Positions 38,276-47,172 of a DNA stretch of 64,000 nt are shown here, piece by piece. Position 1 is the stretch's first letter, and each line of letters opens with the position of its first letter. The stretch is taken from IMG/VR virus record IMGVR_UViG_3300027895_000005, positions 38,139 to 102,138 of that record; one strand, 5' to 3'. The translations under genes and the position numbers were made by a program. Under the pieces are notes generated by a model. The model was not told the DNA's origin and made no database searches. It saw only the letters and a program-made list of their open reading frames with translations. The DNA comes from a virus.

Positions 38276-38748
38276 CCACCTCGCCTTACCGTCTCCACGC
38301 TCGCGCCGTGATTGCCGAAGTGCTGGCTGGCCTGGACGCCGACGTCGACGAGAAGACGGCGCGGAAGGCCCTGCGCGGCCTCTGCCGGCCCTCGCCTCGA
38401 CACATGCACCAGATGTACCTCAAGGAGGTAAAGCTTGCCCTGGACGAGCGATACGGGCCAGCACGCCGCAAGGAGTTCGACCTGACGCCGCTGCGCGTCC
38501 TCGCCCTGCCCGCTGGCGTGCTGTGCGACTGGTGCAAGAGCGATGGCTGCATCGCCTGCTCGCAGGTGCGCGTCGAGCGAGCGACATTCCTCGCCGTCGA
38601 TCCGGAGCGGATCGTGGGCTGGTGGAACTGGTTCGCTCGGCTGCGCGAGACGCCCGAGGACGGCCTCACGCGCCTGGCGTTTGCGGATTGGCTCGAGGAC
38701 GGCGGATGGCCCGAAGAGGCTCAGAGACAAAGGAAGGTGCTCGCGTGA
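38272..38748 (+). CDS. Hypothetical protein with C-terminal TIGR02996-like motif
   Basis: PEDGLTRLAFADWLEDGG. Confidence 0.7.
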   Translation: MTTSPYRLHARAVIAEVLAGLDADVDEKTARKALRGLCRPSPRHMHQMYLKEVKLALDERYGPARRKEFDLTPLRVLALPAGVLCDWCKSDGCIACSQVRVERATFLAVDPERIVGWWNWFARLRETPEDGLTRLAFADWLEDGGWPEEAQRQRKVLA

Positions 38749-39098
38749 TCGCTTTCCTCGACGGTCCGGCCGCGGGCCAACTTCTTGAACTTCGCCGGGC
38801 ACCCCTTTTTCTCCGGGTGACACAGGTTGATGCCGACGGTGGCGAAATCGCCTATGACGCCCTCGACCAACTCGACGACGTTCCGCAGTCCGTTGAAATC
38901 CTCTTCGCCTATCGTCTCGTCGGTGAGGCCGGATGGGTGCGCTACCAGATGGCCGGACCGGGAGGAAGGGGCCGGCAGTGCCGCACCATCGCCACGGGCG
39001 AGTACGCTCTGGTCGATCCGCAACCGAGCGACGAAGTAATGCGAAGTAACGCCCAATGGCAGGTGTGGGCCACGGAACAAGCGAGGAAGACGACATGA
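38745..39098 (+). CDS. Hypothetical protein
   Basis: GTGA overlap; FLDGPAAG. Confidence 0.65.
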   Translation: MIAFLDGPAAGQLLELRRAPLFLRVTQVDADGGEIAYDALDQLDDVPQSVEILFAYRLVGEAGWVRYQMAGPGGRGRQCRTIATGEYALVDPQPSDEVMRSNAQWQVWATEQARKTT

Positions 39099-39697
39099 CC
39101 CCTGGAAACATCCTCGACAGACGCAAGACGATGTACCTCATCCTGCGCGCCCTGAACGCTGCGAACGTTCCAGGCAATGACATCGTTCAGCAGGTTGAAG
39201 CATTGATCGCCGAGAACGGCCGCTTCAACGCCGAACGCGAGCGAATGCTGGCTCGCCCCAACGCCGACCGCGTCCGCGAAATGATCGACGCCGACCGGAG
39301 CGTGTTGTGCGCCCTGATGGCCGACGACGCCCTGGACCGCGCCGAAGTTGCGGAGGGGGCCGATCGCGAGCGACTTGACGCGGAAGCGATGGGGTGGCGC
39401 TGGCTGTCTTTGAAACGAAAGTGGCCGACCCAGGAGAAGATCGCAAAGGAATGGGTGTGGGGTTGGATGACCGAAGAACGAAGGGACGGCGAACCCGTCG
39501 TCCCGTCATCCTCCACGCTGCCCGGAGCGCTGCACGCCATCGTCCGCGAGACGATCTACCGCGACAGGTTCGGCTATAGCACGACCACCGCCCGCGCCGC
39601 CCTCGAAGCCGTTGTACTGGCGTTCATCAATGGCTGGCGCGAGCCGAAGATTCCCAGCATCGCCGAATTCCGTCAACAAGGAGAGTGGGCCGAATGA
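39095..39697 (+). CDS. Hypothetical protein
   Basis: ATGA overlap. Confidence 0.65.
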   Translation: MTPGNILDRRKTMYLILRALNAANVPGNDIVQQVEALIAENGRFNAERERMLARPNADRVREMIDADRSVLCALMADDALDRAEVAEGADRERLDAEAMGWRWLSLKRKWPTQEKIAKEWVWGWMTEERRDGEPVVPSSSTLPGALHAIVRETIYRDRFGYSTTTARAALEAVVLAFINGWREPKIPSIAEFRQQGEWAE

Positions 39698-39996
39698 AGG
39701 ACCTTGACCGCCTCGACCGTAACGGCTTGATACGCCGTTGCATCCAGCTCCAAAGCCGCCTTGACCAGGCGAAGGCCGCCGCCGCCGAATACCTGCGCGA
39801 GGCCTTCCTCGCCTGCCGAGACTGGGACGCCCTCAAGGACAGGCTGATCGCCTCGCTGGAATCCCAGGCGCGCGGGGCACAACGGCACCTGCAAACCATG
39901 CGCGAACTGCGCGACGCCCGGCGGCAGATCGAGCACCTGGAGCACCTTGTGGCGGCGCTGAGTCGGCGACCGCACAAGAGAAGGAGGGGAAGGTGA
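39694..39996 (+). CDS. Coiled-coil hypothetical protein
   Basis: ATGA overlap. Confidence 0.6.
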   Translation: MKDLDRLDRNGLIRRCIQLQSRLDQAKAAAAEYLREAFLACRDWDALKDRLIASLESQARGAQRHLQTMRELRDARRQIEHLEHLVAALSRRPHKRRRGR

Positions 39997-40670
39997 GACC
40001 TCGATTGCTCGATCTGTTCTGCAAGGCGGGCGGTGCCGGGATGGGTTACTCGCGCGCCGGCTTCGATGTGGTCGGAGTGGACATCGAACCACAGTCTCGC
40101 TACCCGTTCACCTTCGTGCAGGCCGATGCGCTGGAGTATCTTGCGGCACATGGGCGGGAGTTCGATGTGATCCATGCAAGCCCGCCGTGTCAGATTCACA
40201 GTCGATGCCGGCGCATCGGAAACGCCAAGCCTTCGCACCGGGATTACATCGAGCCGACGCGACAACTGCTAAACGACGTCGGCCGAAACTACGTCATCGA
40301 GAACGTAGAGGGTGCGCCCCTGGCATGGCCTATCACTCTATGCGGGTCGATGTTCGGCCTTCCTCTGATCCGTCACCGCATCTTTGAAAGTACGGTTCTA
40401 CTCTTCGTTCCTGGTTCCTGCACCTGTCATCAAGGGGAGCGGTTCGGCGTTTACGCGGGCAAGGTCACGAGGATCAACTCGCGAGCAACCCCTTATCTCG
40501 ACTCCAACGGTCGCACCCACTGGCGACCGCAAATGGCTCCCCTGTCTGAGGGGAAACGGGCAATGGGAATCGACTGGATGAGCCGGGACGAACTCTCCCA
40601 AGCGATCCCGCCTGCCTACACCGAATTCATCGGCAAACAACTTCTCGCAGCGCTGGAGGCAACCACATGA
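39993..40670 (+). CDS. Short C5-cytosine DNA methyltransferase
   Basis: LLDLFCKAGG, HASPPCQ, VIENV. Confidence 0.85.
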   Translation: MRPRLLDLFCKAGGAGMGYSRAGFDVVGVDIEPQSRYPFTFVQADALEYLAAHGREFDVIHASPPCQIHSRCRRIGNAKPSHRDYIEPTRQLLNDVGRNYVIENVEGAPLAWPITLCGSMFGLPLIRHRIFESTVLLFVPGSCTCHQGERFGVYAGKVTRINSRATPYLDSNGRTHWRPQMAPLSEGKRAMGIDWMSRDELSQAIPPAYTEFIGKQLLAALEATT

Positions 40671-41065
40671 TGCGAGAATGGGAGCGGGAGTGGAAAGCCC
40701 GCCAGGCCCTGCTCGACGCCCGCGACCGGCAACCGCCCGCCCTTGCCGCCGCCGTGCGTCTCTGGCAGGTCGCCCACGCTCGCGAGGATGCGCCGGCGCT
40801 GGGGGAACTGCTGGAGTGGCTGCTGTTGCACGTCGCGGCGCTGGAGAGCGAGTTGGCCGGCGCCTTGAAGGCGAACGCTCTCTTGATGAAGGGGATGGAA
40901 TCACAGTGCGAACTGATGCACGACCTCAAGCAGCAAGTGTGGCGGTTGGAGCGGGATCTTGCGGACGCGCGAACCGTCTGCGACAGCTTCGCAAGACGGA
41001 TTGCAGCGCAGAGTGAGTTGCTGTCGAAGAGGGCAGAGAGACCACCTGACAGTTACCAAGGGTAA
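40667..41065 (+). CDS. Coiled-coil hypothetical protein
   Basis: Coupled ORF. Confidence 0.6.
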   Translation: MMREWEREWKARQALLDARDRQPPALAAAVRLWQVAHAREDAPALGELLEWLLLHVAALESELAGALKANALLMKGMESQCELMHDLKQQVWRLERDLADARTVCDSFARRIAAQSELLSKRAERPPDSYQG

Positions 41066-41070
41066 AACAG

Positions 41071-41301
41071 ATGCACGACGTCTACATTTTGTATACGAAC
41101 TGGCTGAATGATCGCCGCTGGCGAAAGATTAGCCCTGAGCGCCTTTTCTTCGGCGAGTGCCAGTGGCATCCGGGCGAGCAGTGGTTGCTCGAAGCGATCG
41201 ACCTGGACGCGCCTGGCATGTACCGCAAGATGTTCGCCATGAAGGACATTCACCAGTGGCGAACAACGCCACCAGAACCAGTACAGGAGGTATCCCGATG
41301 A
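41071..41301 (+). CDS. Hypothetical protein
   Basis: 76-aa ORF in operon. Confidence 0.6.
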   Translation: MHDVYILYTNWLNDRRWRKISPERLFFGECQWHPGEQWLLEAIDLDAPGMYRKMFAMKDIHQWRTTPPEPVQEVSR

Positions 41302-41696
41302 AACTGACAGTCAAGGTCACCGAGCAGGACATCGACGACGGTCTGGGCGGCAACGTCGCCTCCTGCCCGATCGCCCTGGCAACGACGCGGGCGCTGTGCA
41401 GCGCCGGGTTCAGGAATCTGCGCGCGACGTGGGAACACGTCCGCGCCTTCTGCGCGCCGGAAGGGTTGGTCGTCGAGCATCGCTATCTGCCGGACGATCC
41501 GGTATGCCAGGTGGGCGTGGGCGACTGCCCCGACGAGATGAGCAAGTTCGCCTCGATGTTCGACGACTGGTACGAGCGGCAGTGCATGGACGCTGACGAC
41601 CCGGAGTATCTGGATCAGGACGGCTTGCCCTACGACCGACCAGCGCCGATCGAGTTCGTGGTGGAGTTGCCGGCGTGGGACGCGCCAAACGCTTGA
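41298..41696 (+). CDS. Hypothetical protein
   Basis: RBS aggagg; VTEQDIDDG..CPIALA. Confidence 0.7.
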   Translation: MKLTVKVTEQDIDDGLGGNVASCPIALATTRALCSAGFRNLRATWEHVRAFCAPEGLVVEHRYLPDDPVCQVGVGDCPDEMSKFASMFDDWYERQCMDADDPEYLDQDGLPYDRPAPIEFVVELPAWDAPNA

Positions 41697-41742
41697 CGCC
41701 GTCGTGGCGGACGAGCGGCGGGGAACTGAGAGGGAGGGGATT

Positions 41743-44541
41743 ATGGCGACCGAGATCGAGGATGTGCTTTCCGGACGGGAACCCTGGACTGTGCAGCAGG
41801 GGGATTGCCGATTGGTTCTGCCGACGCTGCCGGATGGGTGTGTGGACGCCGTGGTCACTGATGGACCCTACGAACTCGGTTTCATGTCCAAGGATTGGGA
41901 TGCTTCCGGCGTCTCGTTCAATCCGGCGACGTGGCGGGCAATCCACCGCGTCCTTCGCCCCGGCGGTTATCTCGTTGCGATGGGCGGTTCACGGACCTTC
42001 CACCGAATGGCCTGCGCCGTCGAGGATGGCGGGTTCCAGATTCGTGATTGCCTCATGTGGTTATATGCGTGCCTAAGCAACGACACAGAACTACTGACCT
42101 CGAAGGGGTGGGTTCATTACAGTAGAATCACGACTGACAATCTCGCACTCGCATACAATCCGACTTCGGATTCGTTCCGGTGGGAGAAGGTTGAGGAAGT
42201 GATGACCTATGACTACTGCGATACCGCCTACCGAATTCAATCGGATCACACGGACCAAATCGTCTCCAGAAATCATCGCTGCCTTGTTAAACGAGGCGGA
42301 AGCTACGCATTCGTCTACGCGGAGGCATGCCAACAGCAAGAGGGTGTACCCGTTCTGGAAGACGTGCAAGGTCTGCTCGACGCCCTACCAGTGCCAGACC
42401 AGAGAGCAGGCGGCGCGCAACAAGACTTGCTCGCCAGGATGCGCCGCGAAGGCGATCGAGGGGCAGCGTGCGAGGAAGCCAGTAGTGGAGCGGTCGGGAT
42501 TGAAGATGGTGGCGTGCGCCGTCTGCGGCAAGGTATTGTGGCGGTTCCGCTCCCGGCTGGCGAGGACGAAGAAGCCGACGTGTTCACGGCAGTGCAACGG
42601 CAAACTGCGCGGTGCGGCTTTAACTCCGCACGCCAGCAAGGGACGTGCGAACTGGACGGCCGCGTCAGTGGCGTACACCAAGAAGATGACGGGGGCAAAC
42701 AATCCGGCGTGGAAGGGTGGGGTAACGTACGTCAAGCGCAAAGGCAACTACGTCGGTCACAAGTATGTCCGCTGCCCGGCGGAGTTCCTTCCGATGGCGA
42801 GGAGGGACGGCTACGTTGCCGAGCATCGGTTGATCGTGGCGCGCATCATCGGTCGGCTACTGACCAGGCTGGAAACGGTTCATCACGAGAACCACAACCC
42901 GCTCGACAACCGACCCGAGAACCTGATGCTGTTTGCCTCCAACAGCGACCACAAACTGTACGAGGCTCACGGCACGCCAGAGCCGATCTGGCGATGGTAA
43001 CGCCCGTTTGGCATCAGGGCGTCGTCTGGTGCATCCGCGTGCCCTCTGGTGCGTTTGTCGCTCGCCGCAACGGCAAAGTATTCGTCACCGGAAACAGCGG
43101 CTTCCCGAAAAGTGACGGGTGCCTCAAACCGGCCTACGAACCCATTATCCTCGCGAGAAAGCCGGGGAAAAAGGTGTTGCCGTTGGGTATCGACGAGTGC
43201 AGGATTAAAGCAGATGACGGCGTTCCCCTCTTCGGCAACGGCAGAAGGGAAGCCGTCAACGCCTACGCAAACGGTATGGGGTGCGACGGCAGGACCGGGG
43301 AGATTTCGCACGCGGGCCGCTGGCCCGCCAACGTCGTTCATGACGGGTCCGACGAGGTGATGGAGGGGTTCCCGGAAGCGGGGAGTACCTTGAAACATTC
43401 CTACCCAGATCAGGACTCCGGAACAGGCGGGGAAAGCGGGAAGTACGGTCGCTTCGGCGCAAAGACCGTTACGACTCATGCCGACTCTGGCAGCGCCGCC
43501 CGCTTCTTTGCGATGTTTCCAGAGGACGAAAGCGGGTGGATGTTTCGCCGCGCCAAGGCTATAATGGAGGTATGGAATCAACAACATGCCTTCATTGTGG
43601 AAAAGAGTTCGTCCCTGCCAAGCGAAGCCGCCGCTTTTGCTCTCGCTCATGCAGTAGTAGCGGCCAGCCAAGAGGGCAGGCGGCTAAACGGTGTGCGGGG
43701 ACTTTCTACGAACGTAACGCCCAGCGAATTAAGGACGCTCGCAGAGAGCGCTATCGCGGCGACCCTGAGTATCGAAAGAAGGTTCTTGCCCGAACAGCAG
43801 CAAGGAAAGCCCATCCCATCCAGCAACTATGTGAAGTGTGCGGTGGGCCGGCACAGCGGCACCACGACGATTACGATAAGCCACTGGAAATCCGATGGCT
43901 CTGCGGATCGTGTCACATTGGACATCACGTTGTCGAGCGAGGTTCCTGGGGTTCCGGGCTCTCCGTCCCAGAGGTTTAACTACTGCGCCAAGGCATCCAA
44001 AGAGGAACGTAACGAAGGGTTGCACAATCTCACTCCCGCGAGGGGCGTTCGGACTAACGCCCCTCGCGGGAGTGAGACGGAGAAGACTGTGCCTCGCCGC
44101 AACAATCATCCCACGGTCAAGCCGGTCGCGCTCATGTCATGGCTTGTCCGTCTCGTCTGTCCAGCGGGCGGTCTGGTTCTTGATCCCTTCGCCGGGTCAG
44201 GTTCGACCGGGGTCGCTTGCCGGATGGAGGGGCGGCGCTTCATAGGAGTTGAGCAGGAGGAAGAATACGCCGACCTCGCCCGCCGCCGCATCGCCTCGGT
44301 TAACCCTCTGGCCGACTCCTGCGAGCGCGCCGCCGCAAAGGCCCCCGAACGCGACCTGTTCACCGCGCTACCCGACTCAGCCCCCATCGCCACCGACCCG
44401 GAGCACCCGCCCGAAGCGCCCACCCCCGCCGACGTCGCCCCGGCGCCCGGTGAGGTTCCACCGAAGCGAGCGGCGAAGGGGCGAGGAAAGAAGTCGGCGA
44501 CGGTGGAGGGTGGTGAGGAGTTGTTCGAGAAGGAGGGATAA
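41743..44541 (+). CDS. N4/N6 DNA methyltransferase (beta class) with an intein and a second in-frame insertion
   Basis: VTDGPY, SGFPKS, SAARFF..YCAKAS, HPTVKP, VLDPFAGSGST; RBS gggagggg. Confidence 0.9.
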   Translation: MATEIEDVLSGREPWTVQQGDCRLVLPTLPDGCVDAVVTDGPYELGFMSKDWDASGVSFNPATWRAIHRVLRPGGYLVAMGGSRTFHRMACAVEDGGFQIRDCLMWLYACLSNDTELLTSKGWVHYSRITTDNLALAYNPTSDSFRWEKVEEVMTYDYCDTAYRIQSDHTDQIVSRNHRCLVKRGGSYAFVYAEACQQQEGVPVLEDVQGLLDALPVPDQRAGGAQQDLLARMRREGDRGAACEEASSGAVGIEDGGVRRLRQGIVAVPLPAGEDEEADVFTAVQRQTARCGFNSARQQGTCELDGRVSGVHQEDDGGKQSGVEGWGNVRQAQRQLRRSQVCPLPGGVPSDGEEGRLRCRASVDRGAHHRSATDQAGNGSSREPQPARQPTREPDAVCLQQRPQTVRGSRHARADLAMVTPVWHQGVVWCIRVPSGAFVARRNGKVFVTGNSGFPKSDGCLKPAYEPIILARKPGKKVLPLGIDECRIKADDGVPLFGNGRREAVNAYANGMGCDGRTGEISHAGRWPANVVHDGSDEVMEGFPEAGSTLKHSYPDQDSGTGGESGKYGRFGAKTVTTHADSGSAARFFAMFPEDESGWMFRRAKAIMEVWNQQHAFIVEKSSSLPSEAAAFALAHAVVAASQEGRRLNGVRGLSTNVTPSELRTLAESAIAATLSIERRFLPEQQQGKPIPSSNYVKCAVGRHSGTTTITISHWKSDGSADRVTLDITLSSEVPGVPGSPSQRFNYCAKASKEERNEGLHNLTPARGVRTNAPRGSETEKTVPRRNNHPTVKPVALMSWLVRLVCPAGGLVLDPFAGSGSTGVACRMEGRRFIGVEQEEEYADLARRRIASVNPLADSCERAAAKAPERDLFTALPDSAPIATDPEHPPEAPTPADVAPAPGEVPPKRAAKGRGKKSATVEGGEELFEKEG
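42070..43095 (+). mobile_element. Intein (342 aa)
   Basis: WLYA|CLSNDTELLT; block B VSRNH; block F VWCIRVP; VTGN|S; removal restores WLYASGFPKS. Confidence 0.9.
42209..43000 (+). CDS. HNH endonuclease overprinted (+1 frame) inside the intein; start uncertain
   Basis: Two Cys4 motifs, GANNPAWKGG, EHRLIV..VHHENHNPLDNRPENL. Confidence 0.8.
   Translation: MTTAIPPTEFNRITRTKSSPEIIAALLNEAEATHSSTRRHANSKRVYPFWKTCKVCSTPYQCQTREQAARNKTCSPGCAAKAIEGQRARKPVVERSGLKMVACAVCGKVLWRFRSRLARTKKPTCSRQCNGKLRGAALTPHASKGRANWTAASVAYTKKMTGANNPAWKGGVTYVKRKGNYVGHKYVRCPAEFLPMARRDGYVAEHRLIVARIIGRLLTRLETVHHENHNPLDNRPENLMLFASNSDHKLYEAHGTPEPIWRW
43510..43980 (+). mobile_element. 157-codon in-frame insertion in MTase carrying an alternate-frame HNH gene
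   Basis: Splits SAARFF|YCAKAS; no intein termini. Confidence 0.75.
43572..43979 (+). CDS. HNH endonuclease overprinted (-1 frame) in MTase
   Basis: CLHC..FCSRSC; CEVCG..RHHDDYDKPLEIRWLCGSCH; TATAAT at 43560 ends 7 nt before ATG. Confidence 0.8.
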   Translation: MESTTCLHCGKEFVPAKRSRRFCSRSCSSSGQPRGQAAKRCAGTFYERNAQRIKDARRERYRGDPEYRKKVLARTAARKAHPIQQLCEVCGGPAQRHHDDYDKPLEIRWLCGSCHIGHHVVERGSWGSGLSVPEV

Positions 44542-44542
44542 C

Positions 44543-44683
44543 ATGGACTGGACGCATGATCGCCTTGCAATGGTGCAACTGATCCTGCTGCACACTCGCG
44601 GATTCGCGCCCGAGGTGCGATTCCGCTATGAGCGCCTGGAGGCATACTTAATCGAGTGCATCAACCGGGAGGAGCAACCGTGA
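44543..44683 (+). CDS. Small hypothetical protein
   Basis: RBS aaggagg. Confidence 0.55.
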   Translation: MDWTHDRLAMVQLILLHTRGFAPEVRFRYERLEAYLIECINREEQP

Positions 44684-44967
44684 TCCGCAAGAACGCATGG
44701 ACCTGTCGGGAGGTGCATTGTGAGGGCGAACCGATGCCGGAGACAGCTTTCGTTATCCGCGCATGCACCCCTATCGACGTCCGGGAAGCTGCCGAGATGG
44801 CGGCACAGCGGCTGGAGGAGAAGTTCCAAGGCGACCCCTCCGAGTGGGATCTGTTGCATGTCACCACTCGGCAAATGATCGAGGTGTGTGAATCGGACGA
44901 CGTCTGGCGACGATTCACTGTTGTGTTCAGCTTCAAACCCATCTACAAGGCGGAGGAGCAAACATGA
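44680..44967 (+). CDS. Hypothetical protein
   Basis: GTGA overlap. Confidence 0.6.
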   Translation: MIRKNAWTCREVHCEGEPMPETAFVIRACTPIDVREAAEMAAQRLEEKFQGDPSEWDLLHVTTRQMIEVCESDDVWRRFTVVFSFKPIYKAEEQT

Positions 44968-45404
44968 CGCCCGCACAGGCAAAGAAGATGACCACCGGCT
45001 GCGATCCCGTCGCGTGGCTTGCCGTGGCTGACTACCTCGACGAGCAGGGCAAGGACGCCGAACCGTGGCGTACGCGCGGCCTTGTTGGGGTGGCGCTGAC
45101 GGCGTGGTTCGACGCCTACCACAACCCGACGACGGACTTTTCAGAGCCGTACAAGCCGCTGCGGAGCCATATCGGCGTCACGCCGGACTACTACCTTGCC
45201 GTGCTGAGGGCGAAGAAAGGACTGTCGTTCCGGTTGTGGACGCGAGATCTTGCCGCCAACAGCCTCAAGAGGTTCAGTGTTGGCTTTTACCACGAGGAGA
45301 AGGGGTTGCGCGCCCTGATCTTCCGGGTGTCTGCTGAGATTCTGATGCACCGTCGATTCAAAGACGAGATGTCTGATTACTGCAAAGGAGAAGGCGAACC
45401 ATGA
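44964..45404 (+). CDS. Hypothetical protein with degenerate TIGR02996-like motif
   Basis: DPVAWLAVADYLDEQG. Confidence 0.65.
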   Translation: MTPAQAKKMTTGCDPVAWLAVADYLDEQGKDAEPWRTRGLVGVALTAWFDAYHNPTTDFSEPYKPLRSHIGVTPDYYLAVLRAKKGLSFRLWTRDLAANSLKRFSVGFYHEEKGLRALIFRVSAEILMHRRFKDEMSDYCKGEGEP

Positions 45405-45817
45405 TTACGAAGGACGACATCGTCAGCAAGCTGACCGCCCGCGTGCAGGTGCTCGAACACGAGGCTGGTCAACTCCAGCAGAAGAACGACCGGCAGATCA
45501 TCATGATTCGGATGCGCGACATGGAGATTGACCAGCAAGGACAGTTGATCGCCACGCTGAAACGCCAACTGGAGGAAGCGGAGCGGGAACTGATGGCGAC
45601 ACCAGCCGAGCGCGAGCAGTGGCAACAGCAAGCCGTCCGTGCGGCAGTTGCTGCTGCCGAACGCCGCGAAGCCAGACTCCAGGGGTACGACGGTCCGCCC
45701 TGCCATCGTTGCGGTCAGCGAAAGACTATCAGTAACACGGCCGCCGGACAGTGGGCGTGCGAGGGGTGCGGCGCACGGGACCGCAGCGAGGGTGTGGTGG
45801 ATCTGGAAAAGGAGTAG
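45401..45817 (+). CDS. Coiled-coil plus Zn-ribbon protein
   Basis: CHRC...CEGC. Confidence 0.65.
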   Translation: MITKDDIVSKLTARVQVLEHEAGQLQQKNDRQIIMIRMRDMEIDQQGQLIATLKRQLEEAERELMATPAEREQWQQQAVRAAVAAAERREARLQGYDGPPCHRCGQRKTISNTAAGQWACEGCGARDRSEGVVDLEKE

Positions 45818-45820
45818 GCT

Positions 45821-45997
45821 ATGCAACCCGGCAGAACCGACCGCGTCCACGCCGAAGATCAACGAGACGATCTGCCCTGTGACTGGTGCGGTGAGATCAG
45901 GCTGACCACCGTCAACGAGATCTGGAGCGAGGCGTTTCCTGTGGGGTGGCTGTGCCGGCTGTGCGAAGAATGCGGCTCTGGTTGTGCTGGAGGCTGA
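45821..45997 (+). CDS. Small Cys-rich protein
   Basis: Manual translation; RBS aaggag. Confidence 0.5.
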   Translation: MQPGRTDRVHAEDQRDDLPCDWCGEIRLTTVNEIWSEAFPVGWLCRLCEECGSGCAGG

Positions 45998-46004
45998 GAG
46001 AACC

Positions 46005-46268
46005 ATGAAATGCTCCCATTGCGGCAAGCGGTCCCCGAAGCGTAGCGATCATCTTTGCGATGACTGCTACGGCTTCGACGACGAGGACGACGATAACTAC
46101 GGCTTCGACGACGAGGACGACGAGGAACCTGAACCTATTGGCGAGTGCGTTGAGTGCGGCAACCCGACCTACGGCGGCGACAGCGAAGACGAAGTCGATC
46201 TGTGTAGTAGCTGTCTGTGGTATGCGAACCAGCCAGGCGAAGAACCGGAGAAAGGGAAAGCATCGTGA
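46005..46268 (+). CDS. Acidic double Zn-finger protein with tandem duplication
   Basis: CSHC..CDDC, CVEC..CSSC; 27-bp repeat at 46067 and 46097. Confidence 0.65.
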   Translation: MKCSHCGKRSPKRSDHLCDDCYGFDDEDDDNYGFDDEDDEEPEPIGECVECGNPTYGGDSEDEVDLCSSCLWYANQPGEEPEKGKAS

Positions 46269-46678
46269 CCATGCTTGCAACGAACAAGAACCCCTGTACC
46301 ACCTGCCCGTATCGCCGGGACGTCCCTGCCGGCGTGTGGACCGCGGAAGAATACGCCAAGCTGCGAGAATACGACGATGAAAGCAACCCAGCGCTTGCGG
46401 TCTTTCTCTGCCACCAATCGAACGTCGTGGGTGTTGCGACGGCGTGCAAAGGGTGGGTAATGGTCCACCAGGAATCGGTTGCCGTGCGTCTGGGATGTGT
46501 CCTTGGACAACTCGACCCGGCGACGTGCTTCGCCGAGACGGAGATTCCGCTTCACGAGTCAGGGGTTGCTGCGGCTGATTTCGGCGAACAGGGCGTCAAG
46601 AGGCCGGGAAGGAAGGCGCTCAAGGTAATCGGCAAGCTGGCAGGAACGGGACGATTCAAGACGGAGGATGATGTATGA
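46265..46678 (+). CDS. DUF6283-like protein
   Basis: PCTTCPYRRD..GVW..EEY.KL..YD; FLCHQ. Confidence 0.7.
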   Translation: MTMLATNKNPCTTCPYRRDVPAGVWTAEEYAKLREYDDESNPALAVFLCHQSNVVGVATACKGWVMVHQESVAVRLGCVLGQLDPATCFAETEIPLHESGVAAADFGEQGVKRPGRKALKVIGKLAGTGRFKTEDDV

Positions 46679-46824
46679 GTTACCTGCCCGAACTGCACTA
46701 CTGCTGCGTTTGCGGAGAAGACCTCGGCGCCGAGAATGGCGACGGGATCTGTCGCGGATGCGACGAGGATGAAGAGGACTACCCAGGAGCGGACAGCTTT
46801 TACGATGAGGAGGTCGAACCATGA
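46675..46824 (+). CDS. Small Zn-finger protein (49 aa)
   Basis: Manual; overlaps both neighbours by ATGA. Confidence 0.55.
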   Translation: MSYLPELHYCCVCGEDLGAENGDGICRGCDEDEEDYPGADSFYDEEVEP

Positions 46825-47084
46825 AGAAGCAACCCAGCACCCTACCGCCTTACATGGCCCTGACTGACGCAGCACAGTCCGCAACGACGCGGATAGCCGA
46901 ACTGGAAAGCGAACTAGCAGCGGCGCGAGCGGAAGCTGACCGTCTTCGCCGAGCCTGCCAACTGGCAATCATCAGCCTGGACCTCGCCAACGACGACCCA
47001 ACGGGGAAGACGTATGCGGTGTACGTCGTCCTGCGAGACGCGCTCGTCGTCGCCGTGGAACCACCCCCTCCAGCCGGCCGCTGA
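46821..47084 (+). CDS. Hypothetical protein
   Basis: Coupled ORF. Confidence 0.6.
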   Translation: MKKQPSTLPPYMALTDAAQSATTRIAELESELAAARAEADRLRRACQLAIISLDLANDDPTGKTYAVYVVLRDALVVAVEPPPPAGR

Positions 47085-47172
47085 CGGCGCGTTGCCGCCG
47101 GCCTCCTGAGACGTCTGATCGAAGCGGTTCGGGAACGAGCCGGCCGGAGGGGATGAATATGAAGGAGCCTGT

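Noticed and set aside
43510-43980. Second intein
   Set aside because: No C/S start, no block B His, no terminal Asn followed by C/S/T (Asn is followed by Tyr)
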